Part shown: in pieces, positions 22,883-35,949 of the stretch | How positions within the stretch are numbered: the first letter of the stretch is position 1 | How the letters are laid out: every line of letters starts with the position of its first letter | DNA from: Raillietiella orientalis | Lineage: Eukaryota | NCBI GenBank assembly: GCA_036172245.1 | Contig: JAYWIR010000012.1 | Coordinates: 2,480,001 to 2,544,000, forward strand | Direction: 5' to 3' | Length of the DNA stretch: 64,000 bases | The notes under the pieces: generated by a model | Seen by the model: only the letters and a program-made list of their open reading frames with translations | Told to the model about the DNA's origin: nothing | The model's database searches: none | Program-made: the position numbers and the translations under genes

Positions 22883-25749
22883 AATACCGTATGGCACCCG
22901 TGGAGGCGGCGAGGTCATTCCCTAGGGGGAGGGGGTCATTCCTCCCTCCATCCCCCCCCCCCCCATCCCTTGAGTCTGCGCGGGAGACGACGAGGCAGAA
23001 GATCACGATTGAAGGGAACGGCGAGCCGGAACCCCTTGGCCCTCCAACGCTCCTCCTTCCTCCCCCTCCTACAGCGGCGTCTGGCCGCCGGAGGGGTGCG
23101 CGAGCGGATCGAGCCGGGGGAAAGACGGAAGGGCCTGGAGCGTCCTGAAGGGCGCGGAGGAGGAGAGACGCTGCCACCGCCTCCGAAGGGCCGGACCAGC
23201 TGATAGGCAGGACACGAGGAGGGGGGGAGCGAAGGCAGAGAGCGGGTGACCTGGAGGGAGGAGTCGCCGCTTTTCGAGTGAGGCGCTATGCCTCCCAGGC
23301 CCTTTCAAGGGTGCGAAAGGGAAGGAAAGCCCTTCAGGGACCGGCGCGCGTCTTACCGAAAGACTGCCCTGAGCTCATTCCCAGGTAGATGGGGAGGAGG
23401 CGACGCCAGGGTCCGCCCGCTCCCCCTCCCCTTCTCTTTCGCAGGGGATGCCATGTCAGTACGCCGACGGCGCGATGCAGCCGACAGGGGGTTGCTGGGG
23501 GAGGGTGGGGTCACTGCGTCCGCGTGACTGCAGGGTTTCCCCCCTTTCCCTCCTTCTGGGCTCTGAGAGAACCGACGGGGGATCTCTCATAGCTCCAGGA
23601 GAAGTTGGGCTCGTGGCGCTGCCGCTTCCCCCCTCGGTCGCCCTGCGGCCTCCCTGTGGATGGAATGGGGAATAGGGGGTTCGATCCGGAAGCGGAAGGA
23701 CGGTGCTGGTGGCGGCGGGGAGGAAAGGGGTCCCGTCCCGTCCCGATGCTGAGCCGGGTCGGTCCTTCTGGGACCCTGCCCGCGGGAGAAAAGCCGGAGG
23801 AAGGAAGGGATGAGGGGTGGAGATGCAAAGTCCCTTGCGTTTCGGTAGTCCCATCCGAGAACTGCGTGGGCGAGGGAGGGGGCTAACCTGAGTGTCTCGC
23901 GAGGCCTTGTTGTGGTCCTCCGCCTTTCTTCTCCCTTCCCCTTTCCTCTTCTTCCTCTCCTCCCCCGCGGAAACAAAACTGCGCTGTCGCAGAAGGAGGG
24001 AGGGAATCCCCTCCCCGTTCACACTTATTCCCATGGCGACCGGGCTGCTTCCTTCATCCGGCCCGCCCCTCGCGCGCCACGGATGTGAGGGGAAGCAGCG
24101 ACAAGGCGCCGTGAAGGTGCGCCGTGGGGATGGCGATGGGTAGGCGGGGGTGCATCCGACTACCTCTACCGGATGCGAGGGGTCGAGAAGCAGGGCCAGC
24201 TGAACTTCCTCTCCCGGAGCAGAGACTACGGGGTTGGGCGCGGCAAGGGACGAGCCCGTGAGAAGGTAGGAGGGGAGAGCAATCAGAGTTGTGGAAGACA
24301 CGCCCGCCCGCCCCGGGCTCGATGACTTCTTGAGAGGTCGCTGGACTCTCACGTGCAAGCAGCAGTCACCCCTTCACCTCCTTCCTCCTCCTTTCCCCCC
24401 CCTCCCTCTCTTTTCCTCGCAGGTCAGCTGCGTATGCTCGCGTTGCTTCCTCTCCCTCGCCCGTTTCGCTCTCTGCCGCTTGCTCCCGGGAGGGGGGAAA
24501 GGCACGCGGAAGAGTCCCTGGAGAGGACGCTTAGCTATGCACTCGCAGGCGGTTGCGGTGGCGGGCGGAGCCACTCAGGCGGTACGCTACCGCTTCCTTG
24601 GTCACGTTCGTGACCCCGGATTCGTGGTGCCCTCGCTGCCGTCGACCTAGTCAGCAGCTCTTCTAGTGGAACTGCTCCCTAATGGATCCGAGGCAAACCG
24701 ACACCTCGGGGGGAGAGCGCGTGCTCCCGGAAGGTGCCCCTTTGGCGCTCTGCCTAAAAGGTCAGCCGCCCGCGGACGTGTCGCGTTCCTTTGGCCGCCG
24801 CCGCCTCTTGGCGCAAGGAGACATCGTCCAGATGCCGTCGCCGACTCCGCCCGAAGGGAGGCGGAAGGCGCGGGTCAGAGTTTTCCAGGCGCGTTCCCGC
24901 TGGGCTCAGCGCGAAAAGGGCGCTGGTGAGGGAGGGAGGGAGGGAGGGGACCAGATTTCTCCGGAAGGGAGGCGCCGGACCGGTCCGGCTCTTCTCTGTT
25001 CAGTTGCTGCTTTTTGCCTCTCCCTCCTGGGCCTCGTGCCACATCTTCAAGGGGCTTGCCTTCCGGGGCAAGTTTCCGCCCTGCCACTGGCGCCCGCAGT
25101 TTGTTCTGGCGGGAGGGGGACTGGAGGAGGATGCGCCAGCTCTGAGGGAGACGAAACTCACCCTCGCACGGGAAAGGGTGTCATACAGCTCCATCGGATG
25201 GAGCGAACAATTCTCTCTGCTCCACGCTCCTCCTCTGCTCCCCAGAAACCTCCCTTTCCGCCAGTACTGCGAAGGGTTGCTGCTCCTGCTGCCGCAGTCT
25301 GCGGGAGAAGATTCACCTTGCAACCCTCCTCTAAGGGGCCTTCTGCAAGAAAGGCACCAAGACCTCCTCCCCCACTATCCCTCTTCCTTTCCTGCTGGCG
25401 GGTCTCCATCCCGCAGCCTCCCCTTCTGAAAGACGAGCCCGTAGCTGCACTCTGAAACCCGACTGCCTGCGAGAAAGAGTATCACGCAGGATGACAAGAG
25501 GGGTCATCATTCCCCTCTCCTCTTCCCCCTCCTCCAGGCTCGCCGTTCTGGAGGTCGGCCCCAAGACGTCGTCGGGAGAGGTCTCCCGCGCGCAACTCTT
25601 GGGAGAGGTGGCGCCTGGAAGGCAGGAAGAGAAAAAGATTGGCAGAGGGCGGGGTCCGGGCGGCCGGCAGTCACCATGTGACCTCGGTCTGGTCCTCCGC
25701 TGGAGCTCACATCACGAGGGTATGGGGCTGAAACCTCAGGACCTTTCCG

Positions 25750-26550
25750 CTCGGGTGCTGCGCCATCCCTGCCTCCTCTTTCTCCCTTGACCTTATAGAA
25801 ACTCCCTGGTGATCCAATGCAGTGGCGCCTTTGCCCTGATAAATCTTCAACAATCACCGAGGCAGTGCGGTGAGATCGGCGGTCAGCATCCTTGAGATGC
25901 TGGCAGGGATGGGGGTAGGAGGAGCTAGGAGAAAGAGGGCGAGGGGGAAGGATGAAAATCAGATTCAGTAGCGGAAGCAGGGTTTCCGAGGAAACGACCT
26001 CAGTGGCGTGCGAAGGCGGTGGTGGCGGCGCGGCCGCTGCGAGGCTGCTCCGCCTGTTCCCCATCTGCCCTGCGCCTGCGTGGGTCAGATGGAGGAAGAG
26101 GAAGAAGGGGTGAGGGGAGCCTTCCCTATCCCTCCCCCTCATTTCTGGAGGTCGGTCTTGGAGCACTGGGTGCTGAGACGAGGTCGGGCTGCTAGGTCGT
26201 GCACCAACCTCTGCGTCGTTCTCTGCAACCCGACGCGACAGGCGTCCCTTGGGGCTTCCCCTTCCAATTCGCCTCTCCCTTCGAGCCCCCGTGGAAAACG
26301 CCCCGAGGCACGCCTCCGGACGGGAGCGGTGCGGTCGCTGGCCCCTCCGGTCTGACCCTCCATCGGAAGCGCTCCTCGCTTCGCGGCCCACCTGAAGCAG
26401 CTCGGTGCCGGGGAACCAGGATGACGCGTCGCCCTTTCCCCCCTCCTCTCTGCGCCCACCTCACCTCCAGGGCAGCAAGATCCTTGATACGGGAGGATTT
26501 GGCGGAAAAGAGAGGGGGGGGGGGGGTCGGGAACGTCTTCCACCGACTGC
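25750..26550 (-). mobile_element. Possible decayed LINE RT fragment (clade uncertain)
   Basis: SLFRQIL (~NYRPIS), SPAPSCFR (~QxGFR), RLVHDLAARPRL (~DxVxHxLLxxKL), TLLPLLNLIFI (~LxPLLFxIFI), HLKDAD (~YADD). Confidence 0.35.
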
Positions 26551-27310
26551 GCCACTGCCGCTGGCGACGTCGAGAGGGCAGCACAGGGCTACAGGGTTCC
26601 TTCCCGGACTCGTCCCTTCCCCTGCTCCGCCTGCCAAAGTGCCCTTTTTCCTACGCTCCACTAAAGGGAGTGGGCTCACTCGCGCAAAGTAGGGTTCCCT
26701 CAACCGGTTCCCCACCTCCTCTCCCGGTGGGAGAGCGGCGGCGGACCGCGGTCCAGGTCCAGAGCCACCGCAGCCGCATCCCGCGCGAGACTGGCTGCTG
26801 CGCGCGCGCCGCGCCTTCACAGCCAGCGCGGCAGGGCTGAGGATGACGGGGAAGATCCGTGGGGAAGGAATCGATTAGGGGGTTCGCGCTGGGTTCGGCG
26901 CCATCGTCCATCTGCTCGGCTGCCGCGCGCCCCCGCCCCACCGTCCCGAAAGGCCATGAAGAGCAGAAACGACCCATTCCCCCTCTGAAAAGCGCGCGTC
27001 GGGAAGGACCCAACGGTCAGACATATCTCGGGAAATTGTGAGCGCTCCCTCCCATCCACCAGCCCGGACCTGACAGTTATGCGGATGACGGGAAGGGCGC
27101 TAGGGAGTCTCCCCACGGGGCGAGAGGTTCGGCCAGAAGTGGAACGAACTCGCAGGACGGTTGGGAGGGTTGGAGGCGGGAGTTTTCGCGCGCGGGCTGA
27201 TGCGAGGCCCCTGCGCGGAGGGGGCTGCTTGGACAGCCGTGCGCCGTGCAGCCTCTGGTCAGGCTGTCCTGCGTCACCGAGTGCATCGGTTGAGGATGCT
27301 GCATCGCGCT

Positions 27311-27681
27311 GTCTGCTCCTTCTTTATGGTGTGGAATTTTCCGCCTGATGTCCACTCCCTCGTGCTTTGGAATTCTCCACGGTCCACTTCTTTATGATGA
27401 TCAAGAATTCTTCGTCTGTTATCCACTTCATCCCGATGTGGAATTCTTCTTCATCATGGTGTTCATTTGCTGTCCACCTCACGGTGCTGCAAAATTTCCC
27501 ATCCGTTGCGTACTTCCTCGTGTTGTAAAACTTCTTTTCTGTCCACTTCTTCCCCCACCACGGTGCAGAATTGCTCATTTGCTGTTTACTTCCTCGTGGT
27601 GGAATCTCGAATTCCCCTTTGGCTGTCCGCTCTTCTTTATGATGATCACGAATTTTTCCCCCGCTGTCCACTTCCGTGGTG
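27311..27681. repeat. Degenerate AT-richer minisatellite, about 10 units of 30-50 bp
   Basis: Recurring GTCCACTTC...TG.TGGAATT(T/C) core. The 23-mer cttctttatgatgatca(a/c)gaatt occurs at 27387 and 27632. Confidence 0.8.
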
Positions 27682-30600
27682 AGGAGCGCCTCAACCGAAG
27701 GGCAGAAGCGGAAGCCGAGGGAAGAGAACGGGAGCGTCGACGCCAGCTGTCCCGCCTCCGGGCCCTTCCCGCTGCCCCTCCGTCGGTTCGAGTTCGCCAA
27801 GAGCAGCGGATAGGGAGGGGGAGGCGGCAACCATCGAGCGCTCAGCCGCCATCATCTGTGCAAGTTTGCTCGGAAGGCCTTGTCCCTCTCCCCCCCCCCC
27901 AACTCCCCCACCAACCGCGCGTTTCCCGCGCGTCGACCGGCGGGTCTCCGGTCGGGTGCCAGCTGCATTCCCATCGCGTCTCCCGAGCGCCCCTTGTCCG
28001 GCGAAGGACCCGCTCTCCGGAAGGGGCCCGGAGCTCCTCCAGAGGGTCGGGGTTTCCCTCAGCGTCGTCGTCTGCGGCGGAGAACGCCCCGCGGCGGCGG
28101 CGGCGGCGGCGGCTCTCTTCGGGATGCAAGGCGGGAAGGCAGACACGGAAATGCACTCCCCGTGCCCTTACTGGAGGGACGGGATGAACTGTGAATGGGC
28201 CGCTTTGTTTTCGGATGTAAATCAATAAGGACGGGATTAATCGATACGCCTTTATTGCGAGCGGTCCGTGCCTGAAGCCGTGCTGCCGGGAGCACGGGAC
28301 TGGCGGAAAGAAGGGAGGGGAGGGGTGGGAGAGAGGGGGAGAGATTGGCAAGACGAAGACGGGAAGGAGCAGGATGGTAAGAGCAAGGAGGAGAGGAGGA
28401 AGGGTGACGGCGCAGGCTCGGGACAGAGGGCGCAGCGAGACATTTCTTCTTCCTCCCTATCCGCGCGCGGGTACCTGCGTGTGGGGGGGGGGGGGAGAAA
28501 GCCCGCGCAGGGGTAATCCGATTGGGGAATTGAATCAGCATCTCCGCGCTGAAGCCGCGCTTGGGATGCGTCCGGAAGGAGAGAATGGGTCGGGAAGCGT
28601 TCCGCATTCCAGAATCGTCGCTGCCGCTGGACCGATCGGGAGGACCTCTCCCGGCCCTAGAAGTGCGGCGGCGAAGGCGGAGGCATTCGCCTCGAGGGCA
28701 GGGGAAGTGGGGAAGGAGGGGAGGCGCAGCAGATTTCCGGGAGAGACGGTGGGAGGGCGTGGGCGCGTGTCCTGGGGGCGGCGGAGATGAAAAATTCGGG
28801 ACAGGGCGGTGCGACCCGGGCGCGTGCACCCGCGCCGCGCGCTCTTTCGCCGACTCCCGTTTTCGGGAAGAGCCGGGAGGGAACGGGAAGCTTGGGGAAA
28901 GGGCGGCGCGGACCGGTGCGCGCGCTCAGGCGACCCCGCCGCCCCGGGGAGGAGGAACCGGCGGCGGCGACGGCAGCACCTTGTCCTGAGAGTCTCGCGA
29001 GGTGATCCAAGCGTCTCCCATCGAAGGATTGATGGCGGCCCCGCGCGCGCCGGGGGTGCTTCCTCGACCCGCCTCGGGCAACTTGCCGACCTGCGACACT
29101 CCCTCGTGAGTGCAAGCTCTATTTTCGGCTCGTGTCTTCGGACCTTCTCCTTCCTTCTTCCTCCTCTTCCTCTCCCCCCTTCAAGAGGGTGAGGCAGTGG
29201 GTCTCTCCCCTGCTCGATCGGGAGCTGGCGGGGGGCTTCCGCTCAGGACGGTTGCCCGTGGAGACCACGTGCGCGCTTCCCGAGCTGCCTTCGCTCTACC
29301 GGCGGGCTGTCAACGGGACCGGATAGGACGGGGAGGGCGAGGGAGGGGGATCCGGTCCTGCCCGCGCAATGCGCCTGAGGGACGCCTCTCGCATCCGCTG
29401 CTGCCCTCCGGATTTCGGGTGGCCGCCCGCAGGAGAGGAGACCGCGCGCCGGGGTCAGGAAAGAGGAAGGAGAAGGGGAGGGGGAAGGTGAAATGAGGGA
29501 GGGGATATGGGGGGGGGGGGAGGAAGGAGGCTTGGACACGTGGCCCTGGTCGTTCCGCGTTCTAGGGGGGGGGGGGGGCCGAGCTGTGCGTCTACGCGAA
29601 TCGCGGGTTGCAGCTGCGCCTCGACCGCGGGCGCACGAGTTGGTTGAGGAGGAGGTCACAAAGGCGTGCCGGGGCTCTCCCCTCCCCGACCAGCTCCAGC
29701 CGAGGTCCTTTCCCTCCGGTCCGTCTCGCCCCTCGTCCGATCCCCCCATTATGAGGGTGAGTCCCGGCGTGACCTGTACAGCAAACATCCCCCTTTCAGA
29801 CGTCACTCAAAAGCTGCGCGCGGGATAAAAGTCGATCCGCGCGGACCCCTCCCGTTATGACGGTTCCCTGACAGCTCGACGGCGCGATAGAAAGGGAGAC
29901 TCGCGGGGAGCGGCCGGAACGCTCCTGGGCGTGCAGTGGCGGCCGCGACGGCGAGAAGGCGGGGGAGCGCCAAGCTTCCTCCCTGCCCAATCTCTTCATT
30001 CACCTACTTCCCTATTCAGCTGCTGTGAAAGAGCGGAAAACCCGATTAGCCAGATGCGCCCCCGGCTCAGTTGACGTTCCGCGCTCAGTCGCCGGGGCGA
30101 CGGCTCGCTACCTCAAGACCCCCCCCACCCATACCCGGTCACCCGCAGTTTATTAAGCATTCCCGCGCGCGCGCGCGCCTTCGGGGCCGCGGCGTGACGC
30201 AGCGATTCTTCACGTTTCGGCTGCTTCTGTTCCCGGAATTCGGGAGCTTTCCCTGCGGGATGCAGGGAAGGGGGCGGGGAGCAAGGTGTGGAAGGAGCGG
30301 GGGAAAAGGGAGGAGGTAGGCGGTGGTGATGGCGGTTGCGGGGGGAAACGGACGGTAGAAAGCGTCCCTAGGAAACTTCTGCTGCCACCTCCGCATCTCC
30401 CCGGCGACGGCAGATCTCTGCAAGAGCGCGTCTCACCGAAGGTAACGGAAAAGAACGTTCTGCTCCTCCCATCTTCCACTCTTCCTCTGTTCTTCCTCCT
30501 CCTTTTCTCTTTCCCCTCTTCCTTTGTTGGTCTCGCTCCTTCTTTCCCCTCCTCCTCGTGCTCCTCCCTGGGCGAAAGGCTCCGGCGGCGGCGCTTCCCT

Positions 30601-31269
30601 TCAGAGCAGGACGCTCCAAGGGGTAGCGGCGACGGTGCTGCCCCTCTCCATCTCAAGTGCCCGAGTCGCGACGGGAAGGCACTCGAAACCCCGCGACGCG
30701 GAACGGTGAGGAGGACGGAGAAGGAGTACCACTCCATTTTCGCCGTAATGGACCGTGATTTTCGTCATCTGGACCACAGGAGAAACGGGCGGATCGATCC
30801 GCACCGGAGGGGAGGGAGGAAGAGCGCCCCGCGCTCGCTTGCGCGAGCGTGCGCACTCCTAGGAGGAGGAAGGGAACGGCGGAGGCAGGAAGGAAAGAGG
30901 GAGGGAGGGAGGGAAGGGGGGGGGGGGAGGGCTCTGCGGTGGGGGAGCCTCGACAGCTGCGCGCGCTGCTCGGGCGCCGGTGAGTGGTGCAGCGGCGTTG
31001 GCGTTGCCAGAGGCGGGAGAAGATACAGAAAGATAAGGCCGGGCTTCGGTTGTAGATCAGTCCTGGAAATGTGTCCGCCGATAAGAAGCAGCATCTTTCA
31101 TTAGCAGCGCGCTTGTCCGGAGAGCGGGAAGGAGGGGGGGCAGGGAAAAGTGTGTGTGTGTGTGTGTGGGGGGGGGGGGGGTGCGCGCGACGTAGGCGTC
31201 AGGAAAGCGCCATTGCGGACGAATCCGGCGGGCTGCCGCCGCTCCCTCCCCTCGCCTTCCACTGCACTC

Positions 31270-31301
<32 letters not shown>

Positions 31302-34300
31302 TTTCCTTTCCTGCCCGCGGAGGCGACGGCGGTGCCGTCTCGTCCGCGGCGAAGCGTCGCCATTTTATTGAGGCTCGCGGCGGCGCAGCCCTTCTCCGGC
31401 CGGAGGCTCCCTCGAGCGGCCGCCATGGTGACGGTCTACTGGCTTCTCGGGTCCGAAATTTCCAGCAGGCCGTCCGCATCTTCTCAGGAAGGCAAAAAAG
31501 GAGGCCAAAAAAAAAGAAAAGAAAAAAGAATGAGGAGCCGAGGCGAGGGGAGGAGAAGGGTGCGGGGGGAGGGGGGGGGGGAGAGACGGCCGCCGCCGCC
31601 ATCCACGGCTTTCGGCGACCGCTGACTCGAGGCGGGGATCGAGACCTCCCTCCATAATTAATGCATCCGAAGTGATCAGGGATGCTGGCATTTCGTGAAT
31701 CCCAGAGCAATAAATCCTCGAGTTATGGGAAACGCTTGGAATGTCCGCCGGAGGAGGGAACGCTCGCCCCGGACGGGAGAGGTCGTCCGGGAACGGGGCG
31801 GAATTTCGCGTGGGGCTTCCCCGGCTCGCGGAGGCTCGTCGGCACGCGCGCCAGGGGCAGGGGAAAAGGAGGAGGAGGAGGAGGAGGGGGGGGGGTAGGA
31901 GGAATCCCTTCCGGAATGTGAGATGTGTGTTTCTCCCTCTCCTCCTTGCTCCCCGGGATCTCTTCCTTGCCCTCCCCTCCTCCCTTCCTTTCTCCCGAGG
32001 TGCGCGAGGGGGAAAACGCGTGCAACGTGCTTCACGCGATCGCGCGTCTCGGAGGGGCGGAAACGCTCCCCCCCCCTCCGCCTTCCCTTCGCTGCCTATC
32101 GGAACTCCGAGGAGATCCTGCGCTGCTCCCTCTTCTCGGGAGACGGGAAGCAGGGGAGCGGGTGGAGGCCGCCAGAGATGGGAGTTGGACGATGTCGGGG
32201 GGCGCCTCGTCGCTGGGATCCCAGACGCCCCCTTCCCTTCCAGAAGCGCCCGAGGGCAGAGAGAAAGGCGCGCGGCAGCACCGGTAGAACGGAAAGCCTG
32301 CATTCCGGGATCTGCGGGAGAGCAGCGATCGGGTTCCTCACGGGAGAGGAAGCGGGGGAGCAATCCAATGAAGGATGGGAGGGAGGGTCAGCGATGGAGA
32401 AGATGCGGCTGGCCTCCGAGGACTCAGAGTCCGGGTGATAAGCAAAAGGGGTGGGGTAAGGCGGTTTCCCGGCGGTCGAGGGCCCCCGCGAGCTCGCAGG
32501 AGCCCGGGGCGTGCTCACCGCGCTCCTGCACGGGACGGGACCCGCAGCTCCTCGGGTTCCGCGCGGGCAGGTGACTGCCGGGAGGCTGGGAGCGTCGTGC
32601 TGCTGCTAATTACCCTGAGCCACCGCCGCTCCTGGAGCAGTGATTGATGACGGAAACGGGAGCAACGATAAAAACGGGATAACACGTGTAATTGCTCCTG
32701 GGAGTAAGACGCCTGCACATCGTGATGGATGCTGCGGTGCTCCCTGCTGGCCTCAGCTGCTCGTCAGATGGGGTGCCGGGAAGGAGCACAAGAGGTCTGT
32801 CGCTCCTCCCCACTCCCCACCTTTGTGAGGCAGCGGGCGGCGCGAGGGAGTAGGGGTAGCTTTTCCTCGAGGAGGTGCATCCAGCTTGGGCAATCCTCTT
32901 CGCGGTCCCTCGGAGTTAGGACGAGGGGACGCATGCGCGCCAGGAGAGATGGTCCCACTCGTGCGCCCCTCGCACTCTTGTCACTGCGCCATCCGACGGT
33001 TGCCAAGTCCCAGGGCACCTCCCGTGTCGTTCAGGGGGAGGCGTCTCCCAGGTTCCATCCGTTCCCTCAAGGCGCTCGCCTCCCCGTTCCCCTTCCTCTT
33101 GCTCCTTCCCCATTGTCCGCATCCTCCTCGTCCAGGATCGAGGCACTCGAGAGTCTCCAGGTGAGCTCTTCATCACCTCCTATGGAGCCGGAAGAGGCCC
33201 TCGGTCGCCACCGAGGCAACGGGAGGAGGGGGAGAGCCCTGCAGATAGGAACCGGACGGACCGTCGAGGAAGAGACTGTTCCGGTGGACGCGGCTTCGCG
33301 AGGAGAGGGAGGGAGGGAGGCAGAGAGGGCGCCAAAAGGGGGAGGGGGAAGGAAGCAAATAAAAAAAAAAAAAAAAAAATGAAAGGGGGGGAGGGGGCTC
33401 TTCCGCATTGGCGAATCTTCTCGTTTGTTGCATTTCGTGCCGCCAGATTTTCGCAATTTTCCGCGGCTCTGAGCCCATTGATCTCGCCCCTCCCCTCCTC
33501 CCCCGTCCGTTCGTTCCAATCAGAGCTGATCCTTCCAGATTCCCGAGCTCCCACCCGAAACAGACGAGTCGCCCTGGCCCCTCCAATCATCGCAGTAATT
33601 GGCTCTGTTTTTCCCGGAGTCGCAGGCGGTTTGGTAAACACGGAAGTTTCGCAACGTCTTTCGGGAGAGCAGGAGAGGGAAGGGGGGAGGAGAGGGTAAA
33701 CGGAGGGGGACGGACGGTGGGACACCGAAGGGGAGGGGTGTGGGAGAAGGAAAAGGAGGAGAAGGAAGAAGAGAGGGCAAGGAGGAGGAAGAGAGGAGAA
33801 AAGCGTTCGCTCGCGAGAGTGACGCGTGCGTGTGCGCAGTCACCCCCCTCCCCTCTTTCCCTCTCTTCTCCCTCCCGTAAGGAAGAAGCCAGCGTAATCT
33901 CCTTATTATGCGTGTTCGGGATTCACGGACTCCTGCTGCTGCAGCGGAGGTAATCCCGGATGGAGATATTGAAGTGGCTTCGGGTCCGCAGCCTTCCCCG
34001 ATCCCAGATGCCCGTCTCCTGTCAGATTAGCATCGGGGACTCTTTCAATACCTTTCTGCCGGTGGCTTCCACACCTTCAGAAAGGAAGGAAAGGGGAGGG
34101 GGAGAGAGGAGGGAGGGAAGGGAGGTCGGACGGGAGGGAGTTGGAGCACGGTCGTCGAAGAGCCTCCCGGAAAGGAAGGAGGAGGGAAAGAGAAAATCGG
34201 ATTTGCGGGTGCACGAGAAGCGTCGCGGAATCCCTGAGACAGTTCGCCCCTCTTCCTTGTTCTCCGTTCCCCTCCTTCCTGTTATATCCCCGCAGCATCG

Positions 34301-34331
34301 GTGGGGGTCCGCCTGCAGTTGCTGGTGCGCT

Positions 34332-34366
<35 letters not shown>

Positions 34367-35949
34367 GCGGCGGTGCACCCCTCCCTCGCATCTCCCTGGA
34401 GCCGGAGTGCCCTCCTCCTCGGACAGCATACTCCAGGTCAGAGATCAGTGTAGAGGTTTCGGCGGAAGAGGAGCGCGTTAGAAGATGGCGGTGGTCTTTG
34501 CCCTCTCTGCTCCCTCTCTGCCATCCCTTCGAGGGCTCACGAGGTCCCTTCCCACCGGAGGAAGCGACAGCCTCCTCGTCGCTCGGGAGGAGGAGGGTGA
34601 CTGGGGTAGGCGAAAGCTCCCTCAGGTCGGAGGGGCGGGGTCTGCGGCGCTCCAGGCCGCCCTCCGCTCCCGAATCCTCGAGACTTTCCAAGAGAAAGAC
34701 TATGGGAGACTCCGCATGGACCACGTCCCGTTCTCCGTCGTGTTCCTCCCGTGGGGCCCTAGAAGATTCCCCTCATGACCCTATTCCTCCTTCCCACCCC
34801 TTCCCATCCGATCGCGACCCTCCCTCAGTCCCTTGAGTGAAGGCCGTCCGTTCCGCGCAAGTCAGGGTGGCGCACAGGGTCGCTCCTCCGACGTGGGGCG
34901 ACTGCCCACTGAGGATGGGCCTTCTTCGGAATACCAGTTTCTCGGAGACAGGGTCTGCCAGTGAGACTTCTCCTTCCCTCCTGTGCTCGTCCTCTTCAGT
35001 CAGGGAGGAGCAGCCTCCACCGGTGCCATTGCCTGCGCCACGTGAAATTCTCCGCAGGCGTTGTCCAAGCTGGGCGCACGGCGCTCTAGGGGCTCCTTTC
35101 CCGGAAGGAAGGAGTGAGAAGGGAAGGGGAGACGTCCCCTTCCCTCCTGTCCGATTTTTTCCAACGCTCCTTCTGGACGGAAGGGGGAAGAAGGGGGGAA
35201 TGCAAGCGAGGAGACACTCTCAGGCCTGGAGACCTCCGCGTCTCGGAGGAAGCTCTGGGACTCACGGGGTGGGAATCCGGGAGGGGCATCTGACTCTCGA
35301 AACGCGTCCGCTTCCCACGGCGGGACGACGACCGAGTTTCCCACTGGCTGCGTCGGCGGGTTTGCAAGGAGACGCCTCCGGCTCTCCCCGCGCGAGATCG
35401 CCGCCGTCGTCCTGGGAACGTCGTCTGAAGTCCACGATGATGACTCACCCCGGCAAAGGCTCGTCACCCCAGCGGAAAGCGTCTCCCTCCGGTGGGGGCG
35501 CGCGCGCGAGCGCAGAGAACGCTTTCCCACAACACGCGAGGGAGAAAAAAAAAAAAAAAAAAACGGTTGGCATGGAAGCTCCGCCGATGGGAGAGAGGGA
35601 GGATGCCTGCAGGAGGTGACAAGCTGCAAACATCGGCGACAGCCGCTTCGCGCGCGCCCGCTGCGTGCGCTGCACAGGACGCGGGCGATTTTTCTCCTCT
35701 TCTCCCCTTCTACCTCGTCTTCTGCAAGGTTCCGGACGCCGTCTCCCCGGAGATCACCCCTCCCGGCCCCATCGCCACACTTCCCTCGAGTCAGCGCTGC
35801 CGCCTCGACACCTCCATTATGTCCTCGTCCCTCAGATGCTGCGCTCTCTAGTCAGCGCCCCCTTCGCCCTGTCGCTCGCTTTCGGGGAGGATTCGCTTCC
35901 TTCTCGATGTTCCAGTGACCCTTCCCGGAAGATGAAGGGTCCTGCGGGT

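Noticed and set aside
27311..27681. CRISPR-like array or coding exon
   Set aside because: Units are too degenerate, with no constant repeat-spacer structure, no cas genes and a eukaryotic context.
5879..35319. Scattered CGTGGGAA Su(H)-type sites (5879, 11313, 14973, 15959, 35312)
   Set aside because: Isolated, unpaired and plausible by chance in GC-rich DNA.
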